A DNA stretch of 59,335 nt from a virus (Duplodnaviria > Caudoviricetes): positions 1 through 59,335 of IMG/VR virus record IMGVR_UViG_3300029268_000019; one strand, given 5' to 3'. The position numbers and the translations under genes were made by a program. Below, piece by piece: positions 40,456 to 50,701 of this stretch; the stretch's first letter is position 1; every line of letters starts with the position of its first letter. The notes beneath the pieces are model-generated. The model was not told the origin of the DNA and did not search any database. It worked only from the letters and a program-made list of their open reading frames with translations.

Positions 40456-41682
40456 TTACTCTGAAATTTTTAGTTTACCATTTCTGATTACATAATCCAA
40501 ATGTATGTGTGCACTATTAGACTGTGTTCCATTATAGAATTGAATTTCATCTGGAAATAAAATATCAGCCTTTTTATGAATCCCCTCACCTTCAGTTTTA
40601 ACCACTTTCCCTTTACCGAATCTGGTATGTGTGACATTAGTATCCGGAATAATCTGATTAATGATATCGAGAATTTCAGAATCGGTATATTCTTTCTGTT
40701 TCTGTTGTGTGTCGTTATTTTTTAATTCATTATCTTTTTTTAATTTTTGTTGTACTTTTTTTCCACTAAAAACATTTGCTACATTTTTTACTCTTTCAAA
40801 ATCATCAAATTTACTGAAAACATTTGTCACAATATCACCCCACAAACTACGAACATAAGATACATCGACATCAGATATATAAGACACCATTTCTGGTGTC
40901 ACTCTTCCACCATTGTATTCTTTTTTCAATTCAAGATATATATCTTTCAAAGAATTTAATAATTCACCGGATTTTTCCGCTTTCTTAATATGATGAGTAG
41001 TTTCATCATTGGTTACATCCAATTTTTGTTTTTTTAAACCTTTTTTTCTTATATTACCATACATATCATAATGAACATTAAGAGTTTCTATCTCACTTAT
41101 AGACTCTTTTGAAATAGTCCCCCTTGGAATTCCAAATATTGTTATTGATACATAATAAGATGGTGATGTTTTAGATTGGGGATAATTTAATCTTCCTTCT
41201 AATTGTATAGTTTCACAATTATTATTTCTCCAAACAAAATTTTTGTACCATTTAGATCCACTACTACATTGAAATAAAGCGATAATTATCATTCCTTTAT
41301 TACCCTCAATTGATGCTTTCTCTATGAATTTTCTTTGTGACCTATCATATGGTGATGCTAACCATCCAAATTTACCATATTTATGCCATTCTTGTTTCAA
41401 ACTATTTTCTCTTAAAGGAGGATCTATCCCAATAGATCCATTTAAAGTGAACCCTTTTGGGAATTTTATATTATTTTCATTACAACACAAGTCTACAGTT
41501 TGACTATCTTCCCATCCTATTTCAGGTCTTAATATATCTTTCAATTTATTTATAAACCATAATGGAGTAGGATAATCGTTAACATCCGATGTTTCTCTTT
41601 TAACTATATTACTTTTTGTTAAAATTTTCCCTTTAGTATATAAACTAGAATCAAAATCTTCAAATAAAATTAAATTATTCAT
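40456..41682 (-). CDS. Phage Dam-like N6-adenine methyltransferase fold fused to UvrD/PcrA-type Tudor domain
   Basis: DYPTPLWF, VDLCC, SLKQEW, WLASPY, FIEKA, GRLNY; C-terminal VTHTRFGKGKVVKTEGEG..KKADILF. Confidence 0.65.
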   Translation of the reverse strand: MNNLILFEDFDSSLYTKGKILTKSNIVKRETSDVNDYPTPLWFINKLKDILRPEIGWEDSQTVDLCCNENNIKFPKGFTLNGSIGIDPPLRENSLKQEWHKYGKFGWLASPYDRSQRKFIEKASIEGNKGMIIIALFQCSSGSKWYKNFVWRNNNCETIQLEGRLNYPQSKTSPSYYVSITIFGIPRGTISKESISEIETLNVHYDMYGNIRKKGLKKQKLDVTNDETTHHIKKAEKSGELLNSLKDIYLELKKEYNGGRVTPEMVSYISDVDVSYVRSLWGDIVTNVFSKFDDFERVKNVANVFSGKKVQQKLKKDNELKNNDTQQKQKEYTDSEILDIINQIIPDTNVTHTRFGKGKVVKTEGEGIHKKADILFPDEIQFYNGTQSNSAHIHLDYVIRNGKLKISE

Positions 41683-41767
41683 GAATTACTTTCTTGTTTT
41701 TTATTATATATTATTTTTTAAAATAGAGAACAACGTTTTTAATATATAAAAATAAAAACCAAGAATA

Positions 41768-43513
41768 ATGGATCAAGTAAATTCATTCGTATCATTAGCC
41801 GAAAAAGTAACCGTTTTGAATAAGAATTATGTGGAAGTTCTTACAAAGATTAACGATTTGGTTGCTTCAGAACAATCAACAGTTAAAATAAATTATGATA
41901 ATAACGGTGTAACCAATTCATATTCACTACCAACCGTAGGAAGTTTAAAAACACAAATTGATGTTTTAAATCAAAATATTAAACGTTTATCATCAATAGA
42001 TGGTTTCACTTTTATAAAGGAAGGTCAGAGTATTAAAAAAATTATGACAAGTGATTTGAATAGAGAACCAGTCCCTATTCAAAATGTAAATAGTGTTTCA
42101 ACTTTTTCACCGATAAATAATAGTTTTTTTGAATCACTAATGAATCCTATGCTTGCTGTTACATTGGATTTAACAAATAAAATAACTCATAATGTTGACA
42201 AAATTTTATCTCGTAGATATATTATTGAATTTGAAAAAAATAATGATGGATCACTAACAGCGAATGGTACTTTATCATACAATGATTTTGTTTCAAATTG
42301 GTTAAATAGAAATGATATTAATATCAATGATTTTGAAGCTTGGTTATATAATCCATCAAATATTGGTATTATGGTAGATGTTGTATCACCATATGATGAA
42401 CAAATATTTGATTTAAAAGTAAAAGAATTAAAATATTATGGAACTTTTACTGTTATAAAAACAGAAATTGATGATATAAATAATAAAATTTGGTATCATC
42501 TTACAGATTTAAAATATTATGGAAAAGATGGAACAATTAACACCTTAACGACTGGTGACGAATTAATTATAAACGCTTTAAATAGTTCAACCAGATACAA
42601 AGTTGTTGAAGTAAATACCGATTATTCCAATAACAAAGTAAGATTGGAATTGATTGAAGGGTATGATCCTATTACTGTTGGTACTAATGTTTTGAAATAT
42701 TACAGTAGTATCGCTGATGATAAAAAAGTTCAGATTACAGTAGGTTTTGATGAATTCAATATAGTATTTGTAAAACCGATAAATACTGATAATAATGTTA
42801 TTGGTTCTTTATGGTCAAAGGGAATGTCTTATTTCACAAATGATTTAGTTTTAGATACGGATAGTAATATAAATCTAGCAAATTATTATATTGAAACTGT
42901 TTATGATTATGGTGAAGTTTTGAAAGATATGGTTTTAAAGAAGATACCAACAAGATACGGTTCAAAACCAAACATACCTTATCTACAAACTGATAATTTT
43001 AAGGTGGTTCAAATAAATAAACATTTAACTGATGGTGTAGATCAAGATTTGGTAAGAAAATTACATGCTGAAAAAACAACCATAAAAACTAAAATTTCTC
43101 AAATACAAAATGCTATACAAGACAGATTGAAAAATCTAAATTCAAGTAATTTATCACAATCGGAAAAGATTTCTATTAACAATGAATTAAACAAATTAAA
43201 ATTGGATTTAGATTTACAAACAAAAAATCTATCTACCGTCATTTCTCAATTAACGACAATAAATAAAACGACAAATGCGGTTGAACCAAAATATCGTGTT
43301 AGAGGTTTTTGGAACATACCAGATCCAATTATATCAAATAAAACAGAACCACAACATGTTGTTCAATTCAGACTTCAATATCGTTACGCTACAAAGGGTG
43401 GTAATTCAAATCCAACAGAGGGATACAAATTTTCACCAACAAAAGCACCAACTGTTAATGTAACAGCATCAAATGCAACAAATACAGCAACAAACACAGC
43501 TAGTCAAGCTTAA
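41768..43513 (+). CDS. Large structural (baseplate-like) protein, N-terminal part
   Basis: Late promoter 41739-41748; Asn/Thr-rich beta protein with coiled coil; ends in half an Fn3-like domain. Confidence 0.6.
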   Translation: MDQVNSFVSLAEKVTVLNKNYVEVLTKINDLVASEQSTVKINYDNNGVTNSYSLPTVGSLKTQIDVLNQNIKRLSSIDGFTFIKEGQSIKKIMTSDLNREPVPIQNVNSVSTFSPINNSFFESLMNPMLAVTLDLTNKITHNVDKILSRRYIIEFEKNNDGSLTANGTLSYNDFVSNWLNRNDININDFEAWLYNPSNIGIMVDVVSPYDEQIFDLKVKELKYYGTFTVIKTEIDDINNKIWYHLTDLKYYGKDGTINTLTTGDELIINALNSSTRYKVVEVNTDYSNNKVRLELIEGYDPITVGTNVLKYYSSIADDKKVQITVGFDEFNIVFVKPINTDNNVIGSLWSKGMSYFTNDLVLDTDSNINLANYYIETVYDYGEVLKDMVLKKIPTRYGSKPNIPYLQTDNFKVVQINKHLTDGVDQDLVRKLHAEKTTIKTKISQIQNAIQDRLKNLNSSNLSQSEKISINNELNKLKLDLDLQTKNLSTVISQLTTINKTTNAVEPKYRVRGFWNIPDPIISNKTEPQHVVQFRLQYRYATKGGNSNPTEGYKFSPTKAPTVNVTASNATNTATNTASQA

Positions 43514-43531
43514 AAAATATAAAATTAAAAA

Positions 43532-44983
43532 ATGGCACAACAACAAAATAGTCAAGTCATTCAAAGTACTCAAGTTTCAACAGTAAGTGAAAGTCCAAGT
43601 AACCAAACAATTACTGCTCAATTTTCAAATTGGGTAAGTGTATTAAGTGATGTTCGTAAACGTTACTGGGATGAAAAAGCTGGTGTTTGGTACTGGAAAA
43701 TAGAAGATGTTCAGGATGCTGATACACCAAATATAAATCAACTTGATATTCCTATTCAACCAAATGAAAGAGTTGAAATAAGAGTATCCGCAATATCAGA
43801 AGTTGGTTGGCCTGATTCTATTTTAGAATCAGAATGGAGTAATGTATTAACTGTTGATTTTCCAGATGATATAAACGATGTTTTAAATGAAAATGGATTT
43901 ATTCTTCAGGAAGCATCACAAGATCAAAGTGTTGTTCAAATGGATTCGACATTAAATACAAGGGGTGTTTATAAACATATTGAAGATTCTTTCTATATCA
44001 ACAACACATACTATGGTCATACTGATAAGGACATAGCTGTTAGTTTTAAAGGTGATATGAGTAATACTTTAAATTTATTTGAATATTTAAGTAGTTTAAC
44101 GGATAGAATTAAATCATTGGAAGAAATCATTAATAAGGTTAAAGGTGAACTTCATATTTATTTATATAATAATGAAACTTTGGTTAAGGAAATCTTAAAC
44201 AATACAACAACACAATTAAAAATAGAATGTGAGGATTTTGTAGTCCCAATTACTGGAAAAACAAGAACTTATGTAAATAGTTTATATGTTATAGATGATT
44301 ACACTATATCATTATCAAACGTTGCACAACAAGGTGATTTGGGTTTATTATCAAATAGGAATTTCACTTCTGGTGGAACAAATATTTTTTATACTGATAA
44401 CTTAAATCAAGCATTATTAATAGATTACAATGATGATTTATATACTCAACAAAACAACCAATTTATTTGGTTCATGGATACCGATCAACAAACAAATATA
44501 TATACCGGTATTACTTATGCACCACATCTCGTATTTGGACTGAATACACCAAATTATAATTTAGGAGCTACTGGAAATACAATTGGAATTTACAATTCTT
44601 GGTCAAATATAAATTCTGTTTTTCCAATAACAGCTGTAGCAAATACAAATTTGTTAGCTACAGTTCACCCCTATTTTTCCGATACAACAAATGTTATAGA
44701 AACCGGTCAAGAAAAAGTAAAAAAAGTAGCAGCCAAAAGTAATTTCGTTATTGGAATAAAAATATTTTTCAAATTAAGTGGAAATATTAGTAATGGTGGA
44801 CAATTTTCTGTTGCTGGAAATGGACATGTTAATAAAACAAGAAAAGTTAAAGTATATTTTGAAACTGATGGTGGTCAAACATATCAATTTGCATTGGTAT
44901 TTAATCTATCAAATTTCAGATTATATTTCAAAGGTGGTACATCAACACAATCACAAGTTGTTAATAATACCCCAGCTCTTTAA
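43532..44983 (+). CDS. Structural protein, apparent continuation of the upstream ORF
   Basis: N-terminal region contains second half of an Fn3-like domain. Confidence 0.6.
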   Translation: MAQQQNSQVIQSTQVSTVSESPSNQTITAQFSNWVSVLSDVRKRYWDEKAGVWYWKIEDVQDADTPNINQLDIPIQPNERVEIRVSAISEVGWPDSILESEWSNVLTVDFPDDINDVLNENGFILQEASQDQSVVQMDSTLNTRGVYKHIEDSFYINNTYYGHTDKDIAVSFKGDMSNTLNLFEYLSSLTDRIKSLEEIINKVKGELHIYLYNNETLVKEILNNTTTQLKIECEDFVVPITGKTRTYVNSLYVIDDYTISLSNVAQQGDLGLLSNRNFTSGGTNIFYTDNLNQALLIDYNDDLYTQQNNQFIWFMDTDQQTNIYTGITYAPHLVFGLNTPNYNLGATGNTIGIYNSWSNINSVFPITAVANTNLLATVHPYFSDTTNVIETGQEKVKKVAAKSNFVIGIKIFFKLSGNISNGGQFSVAGNGHVNKTRKVKVYFETDGGQTYQFALVFNLSNFRLYFKGGTSTQSQVVNNTPAL

Positions 44984-45001
44984 CTAAAAAAATTTTAAGA
45001 A

Positions 45002-48000
45002 ATGATAAGAAAAAGCTTTCAACTAATAAGAACAAATCCATTACTTACCACTAATATGAAATTAGTTGTAACTAGTACTGATTCATTATATCTAGAAAGT
45101 TTCAACAGTTCAAATGAATTGATTAATACTAAATATAAACATTTTCGTTTAAATAAAAATGATTATTTAGAAGATAAAGTTCCAGAATTTTATGATAAAC
45201 TTCCATCCGATCTTGCTTTTTATGTGAGATATGATAATGATGCAAGTTCAACATATAGTGATTATTCATATCAATTTGATACTACATATTTTTCCGGGGC
45301 AGATAAAATAGAAGATACTTGGTATAATGAAGAGTTTGAATATTTAGCTCCATTATACATAAGAAACACTTCAATTCCTTCAAATTTTGTAATTTTAAGA
45401 TGTGACGATCCATCAAATTATAATTTGGATGAATCAAATAATTTTCAATTGTCTGGTTTGAATAAAAATAATTTTTATAGTGAAATTGTTGATAAATGGA
45501 AATGTGTTGAAGTTTTTGATTTGACAACAAAATCAAATATTGGAAAATTTTTGGATAAAAATTATGTAAAAAATTCAAGATTTCCTTCTGAACCTTTTTA
45601 TTTTGATGTCAGAAGAACAGAATTCTCTAAATGGTTCGGTATGGATTATACGAGTGGTATTTATACGGAAAAAGATTTTTATTTGGAAGATACATTAGCA
45701 ACAGAACAATTACATTTTAAAATGGAAAAACTTATAACAGAAGGTTATAAGAATAACAAATTAATATTTCCAAATATTTTAAATTTGAAATTTTTATTTG
45801 ATGATACACCAGCTACACCAGATGGTTTAAAAAAATATTCAATGAATAGATATTATGGTTTTTATACTGAATCAATGGATTTTGTTGGTAGTATAACATC
45901 ATATGTTACACCAGAATTGAAACCCGGTTTTTGGTTAATAAATAATATTATTGTATCTGGAAATACGGGTGTTACTTGGGACAAATGTGATTTAAATTAT
46001 CACTGGTTATATCCATCTGACAATCCGTTTACAGAAGAATGGGATAATACAAAAGATTATTATATCTTTTTAGATAATACAGATGATTATTATCGAGATA
46101 TAACAATATCCGGCCTATATCCAGTTAAAAAAGTTATTCAAAACGGTGTTACGGTTTGGAAAGTGATATCTGATGTGATAATGGACCAAATTTGGGATCC
46201 ATCTGGCAGAACATCAAATAGTCTGAAATATCACCCGGAAAGAGCAAATATGAAAACCTGTAATATTGAATATGATAAATTCAATATTTTAACAGGATAT
46301 ACAAATGATTTTTTCATAGATAAATATTTAGATATTAGTGGTGGAACCCATTTTATGTATGGTGATTTATATCTAATAGATATAGATGGTGTTTTTCATA
46401 TTTTAAAAAATGGTTCAGGGATAACTTATTCGGATTTTGATTTAAATAATAAAAACGATCTAATTGAAAAATATTATATTCAAACGGATTGGGCGATAAA
46501 TAGTAATTCTGATAAATTAGAATACTGGATAAATGGTAAAAATTCAAATTTTTACAGAACAAAAAAGACAGAAGATTTATATAGAAACCCATTACAATTT
46601 AATATTTATAGAGTTAAGTTTTCTGATATCAAAGACTTTGATTTTGATAGAGTTTATAGTGATTATGCTAATTTCGATTATGAACAAACACATTATGTTG
46701 ATACCCCAGAAGAAAAATTATATACTATTGATTACACAGATACCAGTATTCCAAGAGATTACAAATTAGAAAGATACGGTTCTGGATCTCAATATAAAAT
46801 AAGTAATGTTTCATCTGAATATATTTCTGATGATGAATTATTTGAATTGAAACAAATAATAACACCAACAACGACAGTATTATTTCAAGATAATATGCAA
46901 CAAAACGCTGCAAGAATAGGTATTAGAGTACAAAGAGAATTAACTGATTTGTGGAGAAAAAACCAAACTATATGTAAATGGAGTTTTATGGGTTCCAATA
47001 GTCATTCAGATTATGATTATAAGTTAAATAATAGTTTATCTGTAGGTGGAAGATTAAATAGGACAACAGATCCATTTGGATTCTATCCAGATGTTGTGTC
47101 AAAAAACATGGACTATTTTTATAGAATTGGAAATTTTTATAATACACATACCGGAAATACAGCATATTATAAATTTCAATCAACGAATATACAAGGTGAA
47201 TATATTTTTAGTCAATTTGGAAACGGTTTTGATATTGGTACTTATTTTAATACCGATTTCGATTATTTTACATTCTTCTTTAAAAATAAAATGAATTTTT
47301 TGGATAATGGAATATTATACCAAAGAAATTATGATAAATATTCCGTATTTAATGCTGGTAATGATATGAATTCATCTGTTACCTTATTCAAAGGTATAAA
47401 GGTAGATATTAAATCCATATACAATATAGATGTTACAGATTTGGGAAATAATAATGGTTATAAAATTAATAAAATACTTTATGATTTATCTAAAAATTAT
47501 AATGGATATAAATTTAGTATAATATTAAATGATGTTTATGGTTCCAAATCTAACGGAATTGTAAACAATAAAGCTGATATTGTTACATCAACAAATGGAA
47601 TAAATATTATAATGAATGATAAATGGAAAAACATTCTTATTATTATTAATTTTGTTGTTGGTGATTTAACCACAGACAGATTAAACAATCTAAATAAATT
47701 TAAAGAAAAAGATGGTTTATATTACGGATTAAAAAAGGATGGTACTCACCTACCTAATTATCAATCAAATATATTAACAGCTTATAATTTTATCAATTCG
47801 ATAAATACTCCGGAACACGCATTAACAAATTCTTTTGATTCACCTTTTTCATATATAACTTATTGGTATATAACGGAAATAAACGGAAAAACATTTGTTG
47901 GTTCCACCAATAATACAAATACATCAAATATGAATCAAATACCAACTTGGGGAAAAACATTTTCACCATTTCTTATTCATATAGATTATCCGGATTCTAT

Positions 48001-48484
48001 ATTATTAAATCCAAAAAAAGATTATAAAATAGATCCTTATAAGGGTCCAGAAACAAAACCAATTATGGGATTTTCGACAGATGAACCTTTGGCAAGAGTT
48101 GTTATCCCGTTACAAGATGATAGACCACAAATGAGTGGAATTCAAGCAACCCCACCAACCAAAAAACAAATATTTAGATTTTCTGGTCCATATGAACCAG
48201 TATTCAAGGATATAAATGTTTTTAGGGGTGGTTTCTATTATTATACAGATTTATCCGGATCTACAGTTTTTTTAAGTGCTACAACAACAAAAGATGCAAA
48301 TCCTTCATATACATTTAATTATATAGATCCAAATATTGATAACAATACAGATATATCAACACCCCCACCACCAACACCACAACCAACAATATATGAATGG
48401 GAAAATACTAATGCAATGTGTAGAGTTGTTAGTATAGGAATAGAAATACAAGAAGGTGGTGGTGGACCAGCTGCAGAAGAATAA
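45002..48484 (+). CDS. Large structural (baseplate-like) protein
   Basis: 1160 aa, Asn/Tyr/Phe-rich, in late operon. Confidence 0.6.
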   Translation: MIRKSFQLIRTNPLLTTNMKLVVTSTDSLYLESFNSSNELINTKYKHFRLNKNDYLEDKVPEFYDKLPSDLAFYVRYDNDASSTYSDYSYQFDTTYFSGADKIEDTWYNEEFEYLAPLYIRNTSIPSNFVILRCDDPSNYNLDESNNFQLSGLNKNNFYSEIVDKWKCVEVFDLTTKSNIGKFLDKNYVKNSRFPSEPFYFDVRRTEFSKWFGMDYTSGIYTEKDFYLEDTLATEQLHFKMEKLITEGYKNNKLIFPNILNLKFLFDDTPATPDGLKKYSMNRYYGFYTESMDFVGSITSYVTPELKPGFWLINNIIVSGNTGVTWDKCDLNYHWLYPSDNPFTEEWDNTKDYYIFLDNTDDYYRDITISGLYPVKKVIQNGVTVWKVISDVIMDQIWDPSGRTSNSLKYHPERANMKTCNIEYDKFNILTGYTNDFFIDKYLDISGGTHFMYGDLYLIDIDGVFHILKNGSGITYSDFDLNNKNDLIEKYYIQTDWAINSNSDKLEYWINGKNSNFYRTKKTEDLYRNPLQFNIYRVKFSDIKDFDFDRVYSDYANFDYEQTHYVDTPEEKLYTIDYTDTSIPRDYKLERYGSGSQYKISNVSSEYISDDELFELKQIITPTTTVLFQDNMQQNAARIGIRVQRELTDLWRKNQTICKWSFMGSNSHSDYDYKLNNSLSVGGRLNRTTDPFGFYPDVVSKNMDYFYRIGNFYNTHTGNTAYYKFQSTNIQGEYIFSQFGNGFDIGTYFNTDFDYFTFFFKNKMNFLDNGILYQRNYDKYSVFNAGNDMNSSVTLFKGIKVDIKSIYNIDVTDLGNNNGYKINKILYDLSKNYNGYKFSIILNDVYGSKSNGIVNNKADIVTSTNGINIIMNDKWKNILIIINFVVGDLTTDRLNNLNKFKEKDGLYYGLKKDGTHLPNYQSNILTAYNFINSINTPEHALTNSFDSPFSYITYWYITEINGKTFVGSTNNTNTSNMNQIPTWGKTFSPFLIHIDYPDSILLNPKKDYKIDPYKGPETKPIMGFSTDEPLARVVIPLQDDRPQMSGIQATPPTKKQIFRFSGPYEPVFKDINVFRGGFYYYTDLSGSTVFLSATTTKDANPSYTFNYIDPNIDNNTDISTPPPPTPQPTIYEWENTNAMCRVVSIGIEIQEGGGGPAAEE

Positions 48485-48498
48485 AAAAAATAAATAAA

Positions 48499-49362
48499 AT
48501 GGCACAAACACAAAACCAAAATACAATAAATATCATACAACCACCAACATTACAGAGGTCTTATACCCAAATTAATGTTCATCCAACCGGATTAAACGAT
48601 GTAGTAACAAATACATTGTTTGTTGGTGGATTTGATTTTGGCATGATACCATCAAATGCAATAATAACAGGTATAACTGTAACTGTAAGAAGAAGATATA
48701 AAGGGACAAACACACAGGCAGATGATAATCGTTGGGTATATGATAATTCAATTCAATTAACAAAAGATGTTTCGAGTGGTGATCCCAGTGTAATTTCTCC
48801 AAATTTTTCAATTCCAGATAGATGGGATATGTATCCATTAATGAGTAATTCATTTCAAAATGTTACATACCCATCATATAATTCATCACCCAGTCCGTTG
48901 TGGGGATTTTCATCCATTTTAGTGAGTGAATTGGTACCAAATTTCGGAATTTTATATAGTGTAAAAGTTAGAAATAATTCCCCAATATCTGTTGTAATAC
49001 CTCAAATAGAATGTGTAACTATTACATTATCTTATTATTACGAAGATACTCTTTATACATATTTAAGAGCTATGTTTATGGATGGAAATGTTAAATTCGA
49101 TACATCATTATATGATTTTGGACAAATTCGTGAATTCATTTTTTCCAAAGTAAATGAAAATAAAAACATATTGAAAATAAATCAAGAAAGAGATACATCA
49201 ATGTATCCAATTATTGATGAATATGGTTATACATATTCTTCCAGATTTATTTTTAAATCACCTTGGGACAGAGAATATTTTATTAGGACAAATAGTTCTT
49301 TAAGTGCGATGTTGAATTTAAACAACACAACCGCAACAACGACTCAAATGTCTTTAGATTAA
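48499..49362 (+). CDS. Structural protein with beta-sandwich domain
   Basis: FDFGMIPSNAIITGITVTVRR...LWG...FGI pattern. Confidence 0.55.
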   Translation: MAQTQNQNTINIIQPPTLQRSYTQINVHPTGLNDVVTNTLFVGGFDFGMIPSNAIITGITVTVRRRYKGTNTQADDNRWVYDNSIQLTKDVSSGDPSVISPNFSIPDRWDMYPLMSNSFQNVTYPSYNSSPSPLWGFSSILVSELVPNFGILYSVKVRNNSPISVVIPQIECVTITLSYYYEDTLYTYLRAMFMDGNVKFDTSLYDFGQIREFIFSKVNENKNILKINQERDTSMYPIIDEYGYTYSSRFIFKSPWDREYFIRTNSSLSAMLNLNNTTATTTQMSLD

Positions 49363-49830
49363 TTATTCCATTTCGGTTAATTCTAAAAGAGTAATCTTAT
49401 TTTTGATACCATAATTCATGTAATCAATATTTTTTTGAGTTTCTCTTAAAAAATTAACATGAACATCAAAAATATCAACTCTATATTGATACAAAGATAA
49501 ATCAGCTTCTATCATTTTTGTTTTTTCACCACCACTCGTTTTAACCTGATAACCAGTCAAATAGAATTCTAATCTTTCTTTTTCATATTCTTTCATCATT
49601 TGTCTGGATTTATAAATCTGATAAGATATACTTTTTATTTCTTCGGATAAAATTTGTCTTAAACTTATTACTTCAGCTTGTAATTGAATAACTTCTTGAA
49701 CAGGTCTTAATAGTTTCTTACTAGTTTCTTCTATTGTTTGATTCCAATAATTTTCAGTTTCTATTAATTGCTTTTTTATTTCCTCATTTTGTTTCTTTAA
49801 ATTTTCCTTCTTATCTTCCTTTTGTTCCAT
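49363..49830 (-). CDS. uvsY: UvsY-like recombination mediator
   Basis: Helical; EKTKMIEAD...FLRETQKNIDYMNYGIKN; near uvsW. Confidence 0.6.
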   Translation of the reverse strand: MEQKEDKKENLKKQNEEIKKQLIETENYWNQTIEETSKKLLRPVQEVIQLQAEVISLRQILSEEIKSISYQIYKSRQMMKEYEKERLEFYLTGYQVKTSGGEKTKMIEADLSLYQYRVDIFDVHVNFLRETQKNIDYMNYGIKNKITLLELTEME

Positions 49831-49876
49831 TGTATATTGAATATTTTTTATATATATTTCTTATTTACGATTAGGT

Positions 49877-50614
49877 TTATATTTTCTTATAATCTATAAC
49901 GAAATAATAATCAAATGTATATTGAATTGCATTTTTAATCTGATTATAACTCATGTTTACATCACCCAAATTATTTAAATAATCGGTAGTTATAATTCTA
50001 ACATCTTTTACAATATAAGAATCAGAAAAAGCTAACTTTGAAAATGTCGGATTCTTTATTGTATAATTATTATTAAAAACATTACCATCATCAACCACAT
50101 TTTTATACATAACATAAAAACTTATATTTTGAATATTATATCTATCCAATAAATTAAATTCAATATAATCATAAATAAGAGAATTGATGTCGTTTTTTGG
50201 TGTTTCTGTTTTTCTAATAGATTTAAATGTTCTGGATTCTTTAAGTCTTAAAAATAAATATTCCTTTAAAATATTTCTTGCTTTCAAAACAAAATCCCAT
50301 TGTAAATTATCGTGGGTTGTGTAATTTAACTTATATAAGTCGATTGTATGGTTTTCGTATTTAACATCGTCCAGACTCTTTAAAACACCAAATTCCTGAT
50401 AACTAACTAGTGTTGTTGTATCATAATATTGATAATGTAATCCCAAATCATTTTCAACCGGAACATCTGAATATTGAATTGATATATCACCAATTGATAT
50501 TGTATCTTCTATGTCTATTAAATTTGTTCCAAAAAAAGATTTAATTTCTTTTGAAGTTTTAGTACCTATAACGGTTTCTTTTTTATACTGTTGAATTATT
50601 GTTGTGGTTTTCAA
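49877..50614 (-). CDS. Hypothetical late protein (probable TTG start)
   Basis: Late promoter 50635-50644 lies inside the track ORF, implying a later start. Confidence 0.5.
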   Translation of the reverse strand: MKTTTIIQQYKKETVIGTKTSKEIKSFFGTNLIDIEDTISIGDISIQYSDVPVENDLGLHYQYYDTTTLVSYQEFGVLKSLDDVKYENHTIDLYKLNYTTHDNLQWDFVLKARNILKEYLFLRLKESRTFKSIRKTETPKNDINSLIYDYIEFNLLDRYNIQNISFYVMYKNVVDDGNVFNNNYTIKNPTFSKLAFSDSYIVKDVRIITTDYLNNLGDVNMSYNQIKNAIQYTFDYYFVIDYKKI

Positions 50615-50701
50615 TTTGAACGTATATTTTTTATTATATATTAAAATTAGATGGTATGGAAAATAAAAAACAAATAACATTTCGTTTAATATATACTAAA
50701 T

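Noticed and set aside
43505-48510. T4 gene 60-style translational bypass at the two split junctions
   Set aside because: Matched take-off and landing codons only loosely possible at the first junction (GCT/GCA), absent at the second; no take-off hairpin; both downstream ORFs have normal A-rich starts
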